Below are positions 1 through 8,901 of a stretch of 64,000 nt of DNA, in pieces. The stretch covers positions 17,869 to 81,868 of the forward strand of contig JAFPYS010000019.1 of assembly GCA_017412085.1 (NCBI GenBank), given 5' to 3'. The notes below the pieces were generated by a model, which worked only from the letters and a program-made list of their open reading frames with translations, had not been told where the DNA came from and searched no databases. The translations under genes and the position numbers were made by a program. This DNA comes from Alphaproteobacteria bacterium. GTDB lineage: Bacteria; Pseudomonadota; Alphaproteobacteria; CAAHEQ01; UBA3637. Every line of letters starts with the position of its first letter. The first letter of the stretch is position 1.

Positions 1-65
1 TACCGTTCGGACAAAGCGTCCGCCAGTTGCTGTTCTTGAATTTTGGGCATTTGTTGTTCAGTCAT
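1..65 (-). CDS. parC: DNA topoisomerase IV subunit A, N-terminal fragment (partial, runs off window start)
   Basis: Reverse complement reads MTEQQMPKIQEQQLADALSER..., resembling the ParC N-terminus (ALxERYLAYA). Only 21 codons are visible. Confidence 0.4.
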   Translation of the reverse strand, partial: MTEQQMPKIQEQQLADALSER

Positions 66-127
66 AGGATCATTGTAGACAATAAAAAAATAAAAAGCAA
101 GCTCTTTTTTGGCAACAGCTTCAACAA

Positions 128-1801
128 TTACCGCTCGATGGGCTTATATTTAATGCGGTGCGGTTGGTCGGCATCTATACCTAAACGACGTTTGCGATCG
201 GCCTCGTATTCTGCATAGTTACCTTCAAACCATACGACTTGACTATCGCCTTCAAAGGCCAAGATATGTGTAGCCAAACGATCCAAGAACCAACGGTCGT
301 GGCTAGTAATCACAGCACAGCCAGGGAAGTCCATTAATGCTTCTTCTAACGCACGCAAGGTGTCGACATCCAAATCATTTGTTGGTTCATCCAATAACAA
401 CACATTCGCACCAGATTTCAACATTTTTGCCATATGAACGCGGTTGCGTTCACCGCCAGACAATTGGCCAACTTTCTTTTGTTGATCTGCCCCCTTGAAA
501 TTAAATTGAGCGACATAGGCACGGCTAGGTACCTCACGTTTGCCCAGGAGCAGGGTATCATTACCGCCGGAAATTTCTTGCCACACAGTGTTGTTGTCGT
601 TCAGGGCATCACGACTTTGATCGACGTAGCCAAGTTTGACCGTTTCACCAATGCGGAATGTCCCTTCATCAGGTTTTTCCTGACCCGTAATAATGCGCAT
701 CAAGGTTGTTTTCCCCGCGCCATTGGGGCCGATAACACCAACGATACCGCCGGCGGGTAGGTTAAAACTTAAATTTTCAAATAGTAATTTGTCACCAAAG
801 GCCTTTTTTAGGTTATCGGCTTTCAATACCAAATCACCCAAGCGAGGACCAGGAGGAATAACAATCTGGGCAACATCCGGCACCTTTTCATTAGATTTTT
901 TTAACAATTCTTCATACGCCGTAATACGTGCTTTTGATTTTGCTTGACGGGCTTTAGGATTGGCGTGAACCCATTCCAATTCTTCCTTTAATGTCTTTTG
1001 GCGCTTGTCTTCGGCGTTTTGTTCAATCTCTAAACGCTTGGATTTCGCTTCAAGCCAGCTTGTATAATTGCCCTCATAAGGAATTCCTTCCCCACGATCC
1101 ATTTCCAAAATCCACCCAGTCACATTATCCAAAAAATAGCGGTCGTGTGTAATCATGACGACAGTATTTGGAAAGTTTTTCAAATAAATTTGTAACCATG
1201 CAACAGATTCGGCGTCCAGGTGGTTAGTTGGTTCGTCCAACAACAGCATATCTGGTTTGGACAGAAGTAGGCGGCATAAAGCCACACGGCGCTTTTCTCC
1301 ACCAGACAATTTTGTCACATCCCAATCGCCCGGGGGACAGCGCAAAGCATCCATAGCAATTTCCACATTACGTTCAAATTCCCAGCCATTGCAAGCGTCA
1401 ATTTTTTCTTGAAGTTCTGCTTGTTCTGCCAACAATTTGTCCATGTCGGCATCAGGATCTGCAAAAGCATTATTGACCTCTTCCCACCGTTTCATAAGAT
1501 CGCGAACTTCTCCCACGCCATCCATGACGTTTTCCATGACGTTTTTGCTAGGATCAAGTTGTGGTTCTTGGGGCAAGTAGCCGACTTTTACGCCTTCTGC
1601 AGGCCACGCTTCACCTGTAAAATTGTCATCCAGCCCAGCCATGATTTTCATCAACGTGGATTTACCAGCACCATTTGGGCCGATCACGCCAATTTTTGCA
1701 CCAGGGAAAAAACTGAGCCAAATATGCTTTAAAACTTCTTTTCCGCCAGGAAAAGTTTTACATAAATCTTTCATTACATAAATATATTGGTAGGCAGGCA
1801 T
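128..1801 (-). CDS. ettA: Energy-dependent translational throttle protein EttA (ABC-F ATPase)
   Basis: 557 aa, two ABC domains ([25 protein letters not shown]; [24 protein letters not shown]), ABC-F linker, EttA-like N-terminus. Confidence 0.93.
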   Translation of the reverse strand: MPAYQYIYVMKDLCKTFPGGKEVLKHIWLSFFPGAKIGVIGPNGAGKSTLMKIMAGLDDNFTGEAWPAEGVKVGYLPQEPQLDPSKNVMENVMDGVGEVRDLMKRWEEVNNAFADPDADMDKLLAEQAELQEKIDACNGWEFERNVEIAMDALRCPPGDWDVTKLSGGEKRRVALCRLLLSKPDMLLLDEPTNHLDAESVAWLQIYLKNFPNTVVMITHDRYFLDNVTGWILEMDRGEGIPYEGNYTSWLEAKSKRLEIEQNAEDKRQKTLKEELEWVHANPKARQAKSKARITAYEELLKKSNEKVPDVAQIVIPPGPRLGDLVLKADNLKKAFGDKLLFENLSFNLPAGGIVGVIGPNGAGKTTLMRIITGQEKPDEGTFRIGETVKLGYVDQSRDALNDNNTVWQEISGGNDTLLLGKREVPSRAYVAQFNFKGADQQKKVGQLSGGERNRVHMAKMLKSGANVLLLDEPTNDLDVDTLRALEEALMDFPGCAVITSHDRWFLDRLATHILAFEGDSQVVWFEGNYAEYEADRKRRLGIDADQPHRIKYKPIER

Positions 1802-2782
1802 TTATTTTCCTTTCTTTTTCGGCAAAAGATGTAGTTTGCGTTTTAAATATGCTTTAACAATGTCATTCACATCACGTTGCTTCAGACAGTAGATATCCGT
1901 GTCGGTGTAAGGCTTAGCATAAAAGCGGCGGCGGGCCTGCTCATAAGGTTGATCAAAGATGTGACTTAAAAATTCCAAGACCTTTTTATCGGATACGCGT
2001 TCCAGTGCGCCCGGCTGAAATACGGGTTCATGCATAATCTTTAAGTAAAGTTCATCATCATTGTCAACCTTCTTAATATATTCCATCATATCTTCCAATG
2101 AATTAAAATCATGTGCATTGATAAATGCTTTAGGGTTAAATTCTTCGGCCACCCGTGGATTGCCATAATATAAAGGAATGTGTTGTGAAGCAAAGGAATC
2201 GACTAACTTTTCCATGGTATAGCCGGAACAATAAGTATTTTCAAAAGCAATGGAGAACTTGTAGTTTCTTTGGAAGCCGACTTTTTCGGATGGCGGATAA
2301 ATGTGGCCGACCGTATTGTGATATTTGCCACCATAATCCACTGTTTTATATTGTTCCAAAAGTTCTAATATTCTGGGGCGTGCCCCATCTGTTTGAGTGC
2401 CATTGCCCAATACAGCACAGCAAAATTTGCGATCTAATAATTGTTTGTCGGTTAATCTTTCTGTACGATGAAGTGATTTTTGAATGTTTTCTTTGCCCAA
2501 GGCCCAAAGTGGGAAACGCATGTACCGATCTTCAAAGGTCAAGTAACTATGCCCAAAAGCATAATCACATAAATTAAAATTAGGGCACATTTGTTCGCCG
2601 GTCCAAAAAATGCGGATGCCGTCAAAGGCGTGATGTTTATTTCCAAAAACAGTATAAAAAATATAGTCTGGTTCGTCGGAGATCTCCACATCATATTTTG
2701 TGCGCAGAAGTTTAGTAAAATAGTGATTTTCTGCATCGAAATTTTTGCCGAAATCATAATAGTTTATTTTTAACTTTTTCAT
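1802..2782 (-). CDS. Glycosyltransferase family 10 (alpha-1,3/4-fucosyltransferase-like)
   Basis: 326 aa; C-terminal motif FSIAFENTYCSGYTMEKLVDSFASQHIPLYYGNPRVAEEFNPKAFINAHDF matches the GT10 pattern FxxxxEN...YxTEKxxxxxxxxxIPxYxG. Confidence 0.82.
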   Translation of the reverse strand: MKKLKINYYDFGKNFDAENHYFTKLLRTKYDVEISDEPDYIFYTVFGNKHHAFDGIRIFWTGEQMCPNFNLCDYAFGHSYLTFEDRYMRFPLWALGKENIQKSLHRTERLTDKQLLDRKFCCAVLGNGTQTDGARPRILELLEQYKTVDYGGKYHNTVGHIYPPSEKVGFQRNYKFSIAFENTYCSGYTMEKLVDSFASQHIPLYYGNPRVAEEFNPKAFINAHDFNSLEDMMEYIKKVDNDDELYLKIMHEPVFQPGALERVSDKKVLEFLSHIFDQPYEQARRRFYAKPYTDTDIYCLKQRDVNDIVKAYLKRKLHLLPKKKGK

Positions 2783-3237
2783 TATTTTCCCCCAGTGGAC
2801 CCAAAGCCGCCTGTGCTGCGTGTTGTATCATCGGTAACTGTTCCTGCGATGATTTCGGGGCGTCCAATAGGACACACAACCGCTTGAGCAATCCTATCTC
2901 CCGGTTGAATTACAAAGTCTTCTGGGCCCAAATTGATTAAAATTGTTTTCAATTCTCCACGATAACCATAGTCAATGGTTCCTGGCGCATTCACAATGGA
3001 GATGCCAAATTTTGCTGCCAAACCAGAGCGGGGACGTGTCTGAATTTCCCATAAATTTGTGTCGCTTTCAATTTGAACCTTAACGCCATTTGGAATAATG
3101 CTTTTTTCACCTGGATGCAGGGTTATTGGTTCGGCAATTGCTGCACGTAAATCAAATCCTGCATCATCTGGATGAGCGTAGCTCAATCGCGGCCAATCGG
3201 TCAAATAGTTTTCCAAATATTCTACAATCAAACGCAT
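2782..3237 (-). CDS. dut: dUTP diphosphatase
   Basis: Motifs DDAGFDLRAA, RPRSGLAAKFGI, NAPGTIDYGYRGE, PGDRIAQAVV, RSTGGFGSTG. The listed ORF starts upstream; the start at 3237 (MRLIVEYL) has an AAAAGGAG site. Confidence 0.95.
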   Translation of the reverse strand: MRLIVEYLENYLTDWPRLSYAHPDDAGFDLRAAIAEPITLHPGEKSIIPNGVKVQIESDTNLWEIQTRPRSGLAAKFGISIVNAPGTIDYGYRGELKTILINLGPEDFVIQPGDRIAQAVVCPIGRPEIIAGTVTDDTTRSTGGFGSTGGK

Positions 3238-3259
3238 AAAAACTCCTTTTGTTGGCGAT

Positions 3260-3288
3260 AGAGTATCGTTTTTCCATCTTTTTGTCAA
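3260..3288 (-). promoter_or_regulatory. Putative sigma70 promoter for dut (TTGACA-N17-TACTCT)
   Basis: Minus strand reads TTGACA (3288-3283), 17-nt spacer, TACTCT (3265-3260), just upstream of the dut start. Confidence 0.6.
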
Positions 3289-3304
3289 GAAAAAGAAAAA
3301 ATCC

Positions 3305-3332
3305 TTGCATTTTTTGCAAAAATGGTTATAGT
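3305..3332 (+). promoter_or_regulatory. Putative sigma70 promoter for yajC-secDF (TTGCAT-N16-TATAGT)
   Basis: TTGCAT at 3305-3310, TATAGT at 3327-3332, followed by ACAAAAGGAG before the yajC ATG. Confidence 0.55.
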
Positions 3333-3358
3333 ATGCAAATACAACAAAAGGAGTTTGT

Positions 3359-3709
3359 ATGTTTATTTCATCCGCATGGGCTCAAACAGCAGAAAACGTG
3401 GCCGCTACAGCGCCAAATGCCGCTTCTTTATCAAGTATGGCCATCCAGTTTGTGCTGATCGTTTTGATTTGCTATTTTATTTTAATTCGTCCTCAACAAA
3501 AACGCTATAAAAAACACGAGGCAGAATTAAATGCCATTGTGAAGGGTGTGCGTGTTAATGTGGGCGGTATTGTTGGGAAAGTGGTTAAGGTTGAGCCATT
3601 AGAATTGACGGTTGAAATTGCCGATGGGGTGGAGATCAAAGTGTTGCGCCCATATGTGACACAGGTTTTGTTTAACGAAGACGAATTGCTTGGAAAGGAT
3701 AAAAAATAA
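3359..3709 (+). CDS. yajC: Preprotein translocase subunit YajC
   Basis: Single TM, FYFILIRPQQKRYKKHEAELNAIVKGVRVNVGGIVGKVVKV; directly upstream of secD. Confidence 0.93.
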   Translation: MFISSAWAQTAENVAATAPNAASLSSMAIQFVLIVLICYFILIRPQQKRYKKHEAELNAIVKGVRVNVGGIVGKVVKVEPLELTVEIADGVEIKVLRPYVTQVLFNEDELLGKDKK

Positions 3710-5277
3710 TGTTTGGATATTCAAAAATAAAGGTTGCTATTATTTCAGCCGTATTGGTGTTGGGACTGTTTTTCGCTTTGCCGAATTTTATGCCCAAAGA
3801 TATGTACAATCAGATACCATCTTCGATGAAGTCTTGGTGGAAGCCCGTAACATTGGGATTGGATCTACAAGGCGGTTCTTATTTGGTGATGGAAGTGGAC
3901 ACATCCACCTTAGTTCATGAAAAGTTGGAAAGCTTGGCGGATTTAACACGTTCGGCTTTGCGTGAAGGAAAGGTGCGTTTTTCTGGGTTAAAAGCTGATA
4001 ATGAAGAAATGACGGTCAAGGTTTTGAATGCGGCACAATTAAATGATGCGCGCGAAATTATTCGCAAGCAAGAAAGTGTTGGCTTGGATATTTCTGCCGA
4101 AGGTTCTACTTTAACAGTAAAATATACAGACGATGCTTTAAGCACATTGAAAAATCAAGCTGTGCAACAATCTTTGGAAATTGTGCGTAAACGTATTGAC
4201 GAACTAGGGACAAAAGAGCCTTTAATTCAACAACAGGGTGATGATCGTATTGTCATTCAATTGCCAGGCGTCCAAGATCCTGCCGAAATTAAGGCATTGA
4301 TGGGTAAGACGGCAAAGATGACATTCCATTTAGTGGATGAAGAAACAACACCTCAGATGGCCCAAATGGGTAAGATTTCTGCTGATTCCATGTTAATCAC
4401 CGGAGAAGAGACGGGGTATATCGTTTTAAAACGTTCTGTGGTCGTTGGTGGAGAAAGCTTGGAAGATTCCAGAGGAACATATGACGAAAATGGTCGTCCG
4501 GCTGTGTCATTTAGCTTCAAAAGTGCTGGGGCGAAGAAATTTGGTAATGCAACACGTGATAACGTTGGGCGTCGTTTGGCGATCGTGTTAGATGGTAAAG
4601 TGATCAGCGCGCCGACGATCAACAGCCCAATTACAGGCGGTAAAGGAATTATTACGGGTAACTTTACGGTACAATCTGCAAACGATTTGGCCTTATTGCT
4701 GCGTTCTGGTGCATTACCTGCACCTTTGTTGGTCGTGGAAGAACGTGTTGTGGGCGCTGGTTTGGGTGAAGATTCTATTAAGGCCGGAACAACAGCTTGT
4801 TGGATTGGATTGGTGCTTGTTTTTGCATTTATGGTTATTGTTTATGGCTGGTTTGGTATTATGGCCGACTTGGTTTTGTTGGCAAACGGAATTTTATTGT
4901 TGGCATTGTTGAGTGCTCTTGGCGCGACACTGACATTGCCAGGATTAGCAGGTATTGCATTGACAGTTGGTATGGCTGTGGATGCGAATATCATTATCTT
5001 TGAACGCATGAAGGAAGAGCAAATGCATGGCGTAACCGTTCCAAAAGATGTCTTAACACGTGGATTTGAAGGTTCGTTCAGTGCTATCTTAGACGGCCAA
5101 TTAACGACATTGTTTGCGGCGCTGTTCTTGTTTTGGCTTGGGTCCGGTCCTGTGCGTGGCTTTGGTGTGACATTGGGTCTTGGTTTGGCAACAACGATGT
5201 TTGCCGCGATCTTTGTGTCAAAGTTGATTTTGATGGCATGGATGAATATGAAACATCCAAAAGAAATTAAGTTTTAA
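3709..5277 (+). CDS. secD: Protein translocase subunit SecD
   Basis: 522 aa; LGLDLQGGSYLVMEVD, VVRKRIDELGTKEP-like region, LTLPGLAGIALTVGMAVDANIIIFERMKEE. Confidence 0.97.
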   Translation: MFGYSKIKVAIISAVLVLGLFFALPNFMPKDMYNQIPSSMKSWWKPVTLGLDLQGGSYLVMEVDTSTLVHEKLESLADLTRSALREGKVRFSGLKADNEEMTVKVLNAAQLNDAREIIRKQESVGLDISAEGSTLTVKYTDDALSTLKNQAVQQSLEIVRKRIDELGTKEPLIQQQGDDRIVIQLPGVQDPAEIKALMGKTAKMTFHLVDEETTPQMAQMGKISADSMLITGEETGYIVLKRSVVVGGESLEDSRGTYDENGRPAVSFSFKSAGAKKFGNATRDNVGRRLAIVLDGKVISAPTINSPITGGKGIITGNFTVQSANDLALLLRSGALPAPLLVVEERVVGAGLGEDSIKAGTTACWIGLVLVFAFMVIVYGWFGIMADLVLLANGILLLALLSALGATLTLPGLAGIALTVGMAVDANIIIFERMKEEQMHGVTVPKDVLTRGFEGSFSAILDGQLTTLFAALFLFWLGSGPVRGFGVTLGLGLATTMFAAIFVSKLILMAWMNMKHPKEIKF

Positions 5278-5291
5278 GAAAGGATATCAAG

Positions 5292-6206
5292 ATGAGTAAG
5301 TTATTTAGAAAACGTGAATATAACATCAACTTTATAGGACAGTCAAAGATTGCTTATGTCTTGTCGGCAATTATGTTGATTGTAGCTGTTGTTTCATTGG
5401 TGACGCGTGGTTTGAATTATGGCATTGATTTTGTTGGCGGTGTTCAAATTGAAGCGTCCAGCGAAAACACAATTCAAATGGATGTTGTGCGCCAGAAATT
5501 GTCTTTCTTGAAAGATCTATCTTTACAATCAGTGGGGACAGATGGAAAGGGTATTTTAATTCAAGCGCAGCCTGAGGGTGAAAATCCAAATGCCTTGTTA
5601 ACAAAAATCAAGGATGCATTGGGATCTGGCTATTCTTATAACGAAGTGGAAATCGTTGGCCCAGCGGTTGGTGCGGAATTGAAGTATAAGAGCTTGTTGG
5701 CATCTATTTTGGCACTTTTAGCGATTGCTGTTTATATTTGGTTTAGATTTGAATGGCCTTTTGCCATTGGATGCTTGTTGGCGTTGGCTCATGATATGAT
5801 TATTGTGGTCGGCTTTTTCTCATTGTTCCAGATTGAATTTGATATGGTGGTTGTGGCTGGTTTATTGTCATTGGCTGGTTATGATTGCAATGATACGATC
5901 GTTAGTTATGACCGTATGCGTGAAAATTTGAAAAAATATCGCAAAGCAACTGTGCGAGAATTGATCAACCGTAGTACAAATGAAACATTCTCTCGGACAA
6001 TTTTAACAAGTTTGACAACGTTGTTTGTCGTGTTGGTGTTGTTGTTTGTGGGCGGTGAAGCGTTGAAAGGATTTTCAATCGCGATGGTGCTTGGTACAAT
6101 CTTTGGAACATATTCATCAATTTACTTGGCAATGCCGCTATTACAATATTTTGATGTGCGTTCTGTTGGTAACAGCTCGGATGCAACGCCAGATTTCAAT
6201 AAGTAA
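5292..6206 (+). CDS. secF: Protein translocase subunit SecF
   Basis: 304 aa; GLNYGIDFVGGVQIE, LSLAGYDCNDTIVSYDRMREN, NETFSRTILTSLTTLFVVLVL. Confidence 0.97.
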   Translation: MSKLFRKREYNINFIGQSKIAYVLSAIMLIVAVVSLVTRGLNYGIDFVGGVQIEASSENTIQMDVVRQKLSFLKDLSLQSVGTDGKGILIQAQPEGENPNALLTKIKDALGSGYSYNEVEIVGPAVGAELKYKSLLASILALLAIAVYIWFRFEWPFAIGCLLALAHDMIIVVGFFSLFQIEFDMVVVAGLLSLAGYDCNDTIVSYDRMRENLKKYRKATVRELINRSTNETFSRTILTSLTTLFVVLVLLFVGGEALKGFSIAMVLGTIFGTYSSIYLAMPLLQYFDVRSVGNSSDATPDFNK

Positions 6207-6210
6207 AATA

Positions 6211-6236
6211 AAAGCCCTCCGCAAAGAGGGCTTTTA
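6211..6236. terminator. Rho-independent terminator between secF and tspO (likely bidirectional)
   Basis: GCCCTC-N6-GAGGGC stem flanked by A-run and TTTT. Confidence 0.8.
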
Positions 6237-6242
6237 AAATAA

Positions 6243-6701
6243 TCAAAACACAAGTACTGTATTAAGATATAGGGCAAAGAAGGCCCACAATAATGTTGGA
6301 ACAATTAACCATCCGGCCAAGAGGTTTGTTTTGCCAAAAGATTTTATGTTGGCCATTAATGCTAAAATAAAGAAGACCAAAACAACAAGGGCGCCGCCTG
6401 GACTCCTTAAGTAAAAAAATGCAAAACTCCACAGCATATTGAGGGCAAGTTGTAGCACAAACCAACGGGGTGATGCCTTTCCCCAAACAAGATAGGCTGC
6501 GACAGCTTGTAAGAACAATAAAATGCCCCACACAGGCCCAAAGATATAATCTGGAGGATTAAGATTAGAGTGGGGTAATGTCCAATACCAAGCCATTGTA
6601 TCATCGGTCATATATCCCGAGGCAACCCATCCAATAAGATTAACCAAAACAAGTAAAAAGATAAAACGTCCAATTTTTTGTAATAGTGAAATTTTTTTCA
6701 T
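6243..6701 (-). CDS. tspO: TspO/MBR family tryptophan-rich membrane protein
   Basis: 152 aa, five TM; WYWTLPHSNLNPPDYIFGPVWGILLFLQAVAAYLVW, LNMLWSFAFF, Trp-rich as in TspO/PBR. Confidence 0.85.
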   Translation of the reverse strand: MKKISLLQKIGRFIFLLVLVNLIGWVASGYMTDDTMAWYWTLPHSNLNPPDYIFGPVWGILLFLQAVAAYLVWGKASPRWFVLQLALNMLWSFAFFYLRSPGGALVVLVFFILALMANIKSFGKTNLLAGWLIVPTLLWAFFALYLNTVLVF

Positions 6702-6820
6702 ATTTTCTCCTTTTGTTGATAGAAAAAGTATAGGTCAAAAAATTAAAGCTTCAAGATGTCGGAAGAAATGTGATTGCTTTTTGATTTAAAATTTTATAAA
6801 ATAAGCGCAAGGAGTGTTAT

Positions 6821-7534
6821 ATGAAAAAAACAGCAACGACCTTGCCAGAAAAGAATAAACCTTGGTATTATGGCCACCGGCAACGCATGAGCGAAAAAAT
6901 CACAAAGTTGGGTATGGATTCTTTGACAGAATCGGAAATTTTGGAAGAGCTGTTGATGCGGGCGATCCCAAGACGAGACGTCAAACCGATTGTTCGCGAA
7001 TTATTGAGCAAGTTCAAAACATTAAGTGGTGTTATGAGTGCAAATGAATCCGAGTTAATTCAGGTAAACGGTATTAAGGAAAAGACCGCTCAATTTTTAA
7101 TTCTGATCCGCCGTGTTGCGCAAGAAATTGCCTTAGGTAAGGTTGAAAAGCGTCCGATTTTATCCGATTGGGAAAGTTTATTGGATTATGTCAGCACGAT
7201 TTATACCAGAGAAACGGTTGAGGTTTTATATATTCTTTATCTAGACAGTAAACTAAAGTTAATAAAAGCTAGGAAAGAAAAAGTAGGATGTGTCAATCAT
7301 ATTGAGATTTCTCCAAAAGAAATTTTAAAGGAAGCGTTGAACTTAAATGCAGCGCAGGTTATTTTAGTACACAATCATCCATCAGGTGAAGCCATGCCGT
7401 CAGTGGACGATATTCGCACAACAGAGATGGTGGCTAAGTTGTTAGAGGCGGCTGGGATTCATTTGGTAGAACATTTAATTGTTGGAAACAATCGAAAAGT
7501 TCATTCAATGAGGGCTCAAGGTATTTTAAAATAG
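6821..7534 (+). CDS. radC: RadC family protein (JAB/MPN-like domain)
   Basis: HxHxnD-type motif VHNHPSGEAMPSVDDIRTT, LLMRAIPRRDVKPIV, HLIVG. Confidence 0.92.
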   Translation: MKKTATTLPEKNKPWYYGHRQRMSEKITKLGMDSLTESEILEELLMRAIPRRDVKPIVRELLSKFKTLSGVMSANESELIQVNGIKEKTAQFLILIRRVAQEIALGKVEKRPILSDWESLLDYVSTIYTRETVEVLYILYLDSKLKLIKARKEKVGCVNHIEISPKEILKEALNLNAAQVILVHNHPSGEAMPSVDDIRTTEMVAKLLEAAGIHLVEHLIVGNNRKVHSMRAQGILK

Positions 7535-7579
7535 AAAATTTTTCTTGTTTTTTAATGCAAAAGGTGTTACCTTAAAAAT

Positions 7580-8347
7580 ATGGTTAATGAAAAAGATAAG
7601 TTTTGCCCAATTAATTGCCCGTTTTTAGCGAGTCGTTCGTTTTTGCCCAAAACAATGCCTTTTTATTGTGAAAAATATGCAACGTTCTTGGGGATGGATG
7701 CAGGTAAGAAAGTTTTAAAATGCAGTGCTTGTAGAGGGAAAAAACAAGATCTTATTGAAACTGGTTTGGCTCTTTTGGAAGCGCAGATGCAACCTCAGGG
7801 ATTAATTAACCAAATGAAGCAGGCGTTTTTGGCGATGCCTCTTGTGACGCAAAAAATGTTTGTTTCTATCCTGGAGCAAAATGGTGTGCAGTTGCATCCA
7901 GAAGGGGAAGAAAAATTAACGCCTTTTACATTAATGCATATAGCACAAAGGGCTCGTTTACAGGCTCGCCGTAGAGAAGAATCTCCAGAAGTTCAGGAAT
8001 TTATTAAATTATTGAATGTTGTGGGTGGAGATGCCCCGTTGGATGGGATGACAAAGACGTTATTGTCAAATCTGTTTCAAGTAATTGATGGATCTGAACG
8101 CAGTATGTTATTGACTATTATGGAAAATCCAAAAAATTTGGAAAGTTTTTTAAAATCATTTTCCAAAACACCGCATGATAAAGATTTATTAAGGAACTTT
8201 AGGGCATTGTTATATGAAGTTCATAGAGAGTTAATAAATAAAACGAATACGGTTAATTTGTTCCAACAGCAAATTCGGAATAACGAATTGGCACGCACGA
8301 TCCAACAAATGACTCGTGCACGTGCAGCGAAAGCAAAAACAAGGTAA
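7580..8347 (+). CDS. Hypothetical protein with N-terminal Cys-rich putative metal-binding segment
   Basis: 255-aa ORF with good coding context; CPINC...FYC...CSAC near the N-terminus; no family recognised. Confidence 0.6.
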   Translation: MVNEKDKFCPINCPFLASRSFLPKTMPFYCEKYATFLGMDAGKKVLKCSACRGKKQDLIETGLALLEAQMQPQGLINQMKQAFLAMPLVTQKMFVSILEQNGVQLHPEGEEKLTPFTLMHIAQRARLQARRREESPEVQEFIKLLNVVGGDAPLDGMTKTLLSNLFQVIDGSERSMLLTIMENPKNLESFLKSFSKTPHDKDLLRNFRALLYEVHRELINKTNTVNLFQQQIRNNELARTIQQMTRARAAKAKTR

Positions 8348-8348
8348 T

Positions 8349-8894
8349 TTAATCTGATTTAAGCGTGGCCAAAATCGCTTGACACACCTGTTCTGGCGTT
8401 AAGTGTGTTGTATCGACAACCAAATCAAAATTGTTTTTATCATCAATATCTAGATCATAGTTCTTTTGAAAATGTATCAGCTCTAATTGATGTCTTTTGA
8501 TGGCGGCTTCTGTGGATTGTTGAACAGAGGCATATTTTTGTTCTCCTGAACGCGCAGAATCATTAAAAATACGTTCGCCCGCCACTTCGTCCCGAACAGT
8601 CAGACAGACTTTGAAAGATTTTGGCACAAAATGAAAGGCCAATCGCGAATCCACAACACAATTGTCGTTACCCCAAGGGGGATTTTTAAACACAGCATCA
8701 ATGCGTTCGTCAATGGATTTATCTTTGATGGTTAGGGCATTCAGTTCAATTGTGGTAACCCCCATTTCTTCGGCAATTTTTCGTTGTGCCATGCCGGTTG
8801 AATAATACTGCCATCCCAATTTTTGGGCCAGCATCTTTGAAACAGTAGACTTGCCACTGCCAACAGAACCGGATATCGTAATCGTTTGTCCCAT
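8349..8894 (-). CDS. Cytidylate kinase-like P-loop kinase (archaeal-type CMK/AAA family)
   Basis: MGQTITISGSVGSGKSTVSKMLAQKLGWQYYSTGMAQRKIAEEMG; resembles the archaeal-type CMK family. Start chosen at MGQTIT rather than the ORF start at 8924. Confidence 0.7.
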   Translation of the reverse strand: MGQTITISGSVGSGKSTVSKMLAQKLGWQYYSTGMAQRKIAEEMGVTTIELNALTIKDKSIDERIDAVFKNPPWGNDNCVVDSRLAFHFVPKSFKVCLTVRDEVAGERIFNDSARSGEQKYASVQQSTEAAIKRHQLELIHFQKNYDLDIDDKNNFDLVVDTTHLTPEQVCQAILATLKSD

Positions 8895-8901
8895 GTGCCT
8901 C

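Noticed and set aside
434-947. 108-aa and 84-aa plus-strand ORFs
   Set aside because: Antisense to ettA in a strongly conserved ABC-ATPase region.
2155-2577. 140-aa plus-strand ORF
   Set aside because: Antisense to the GT10 gene, Cys/Phe-rich shadow composition.
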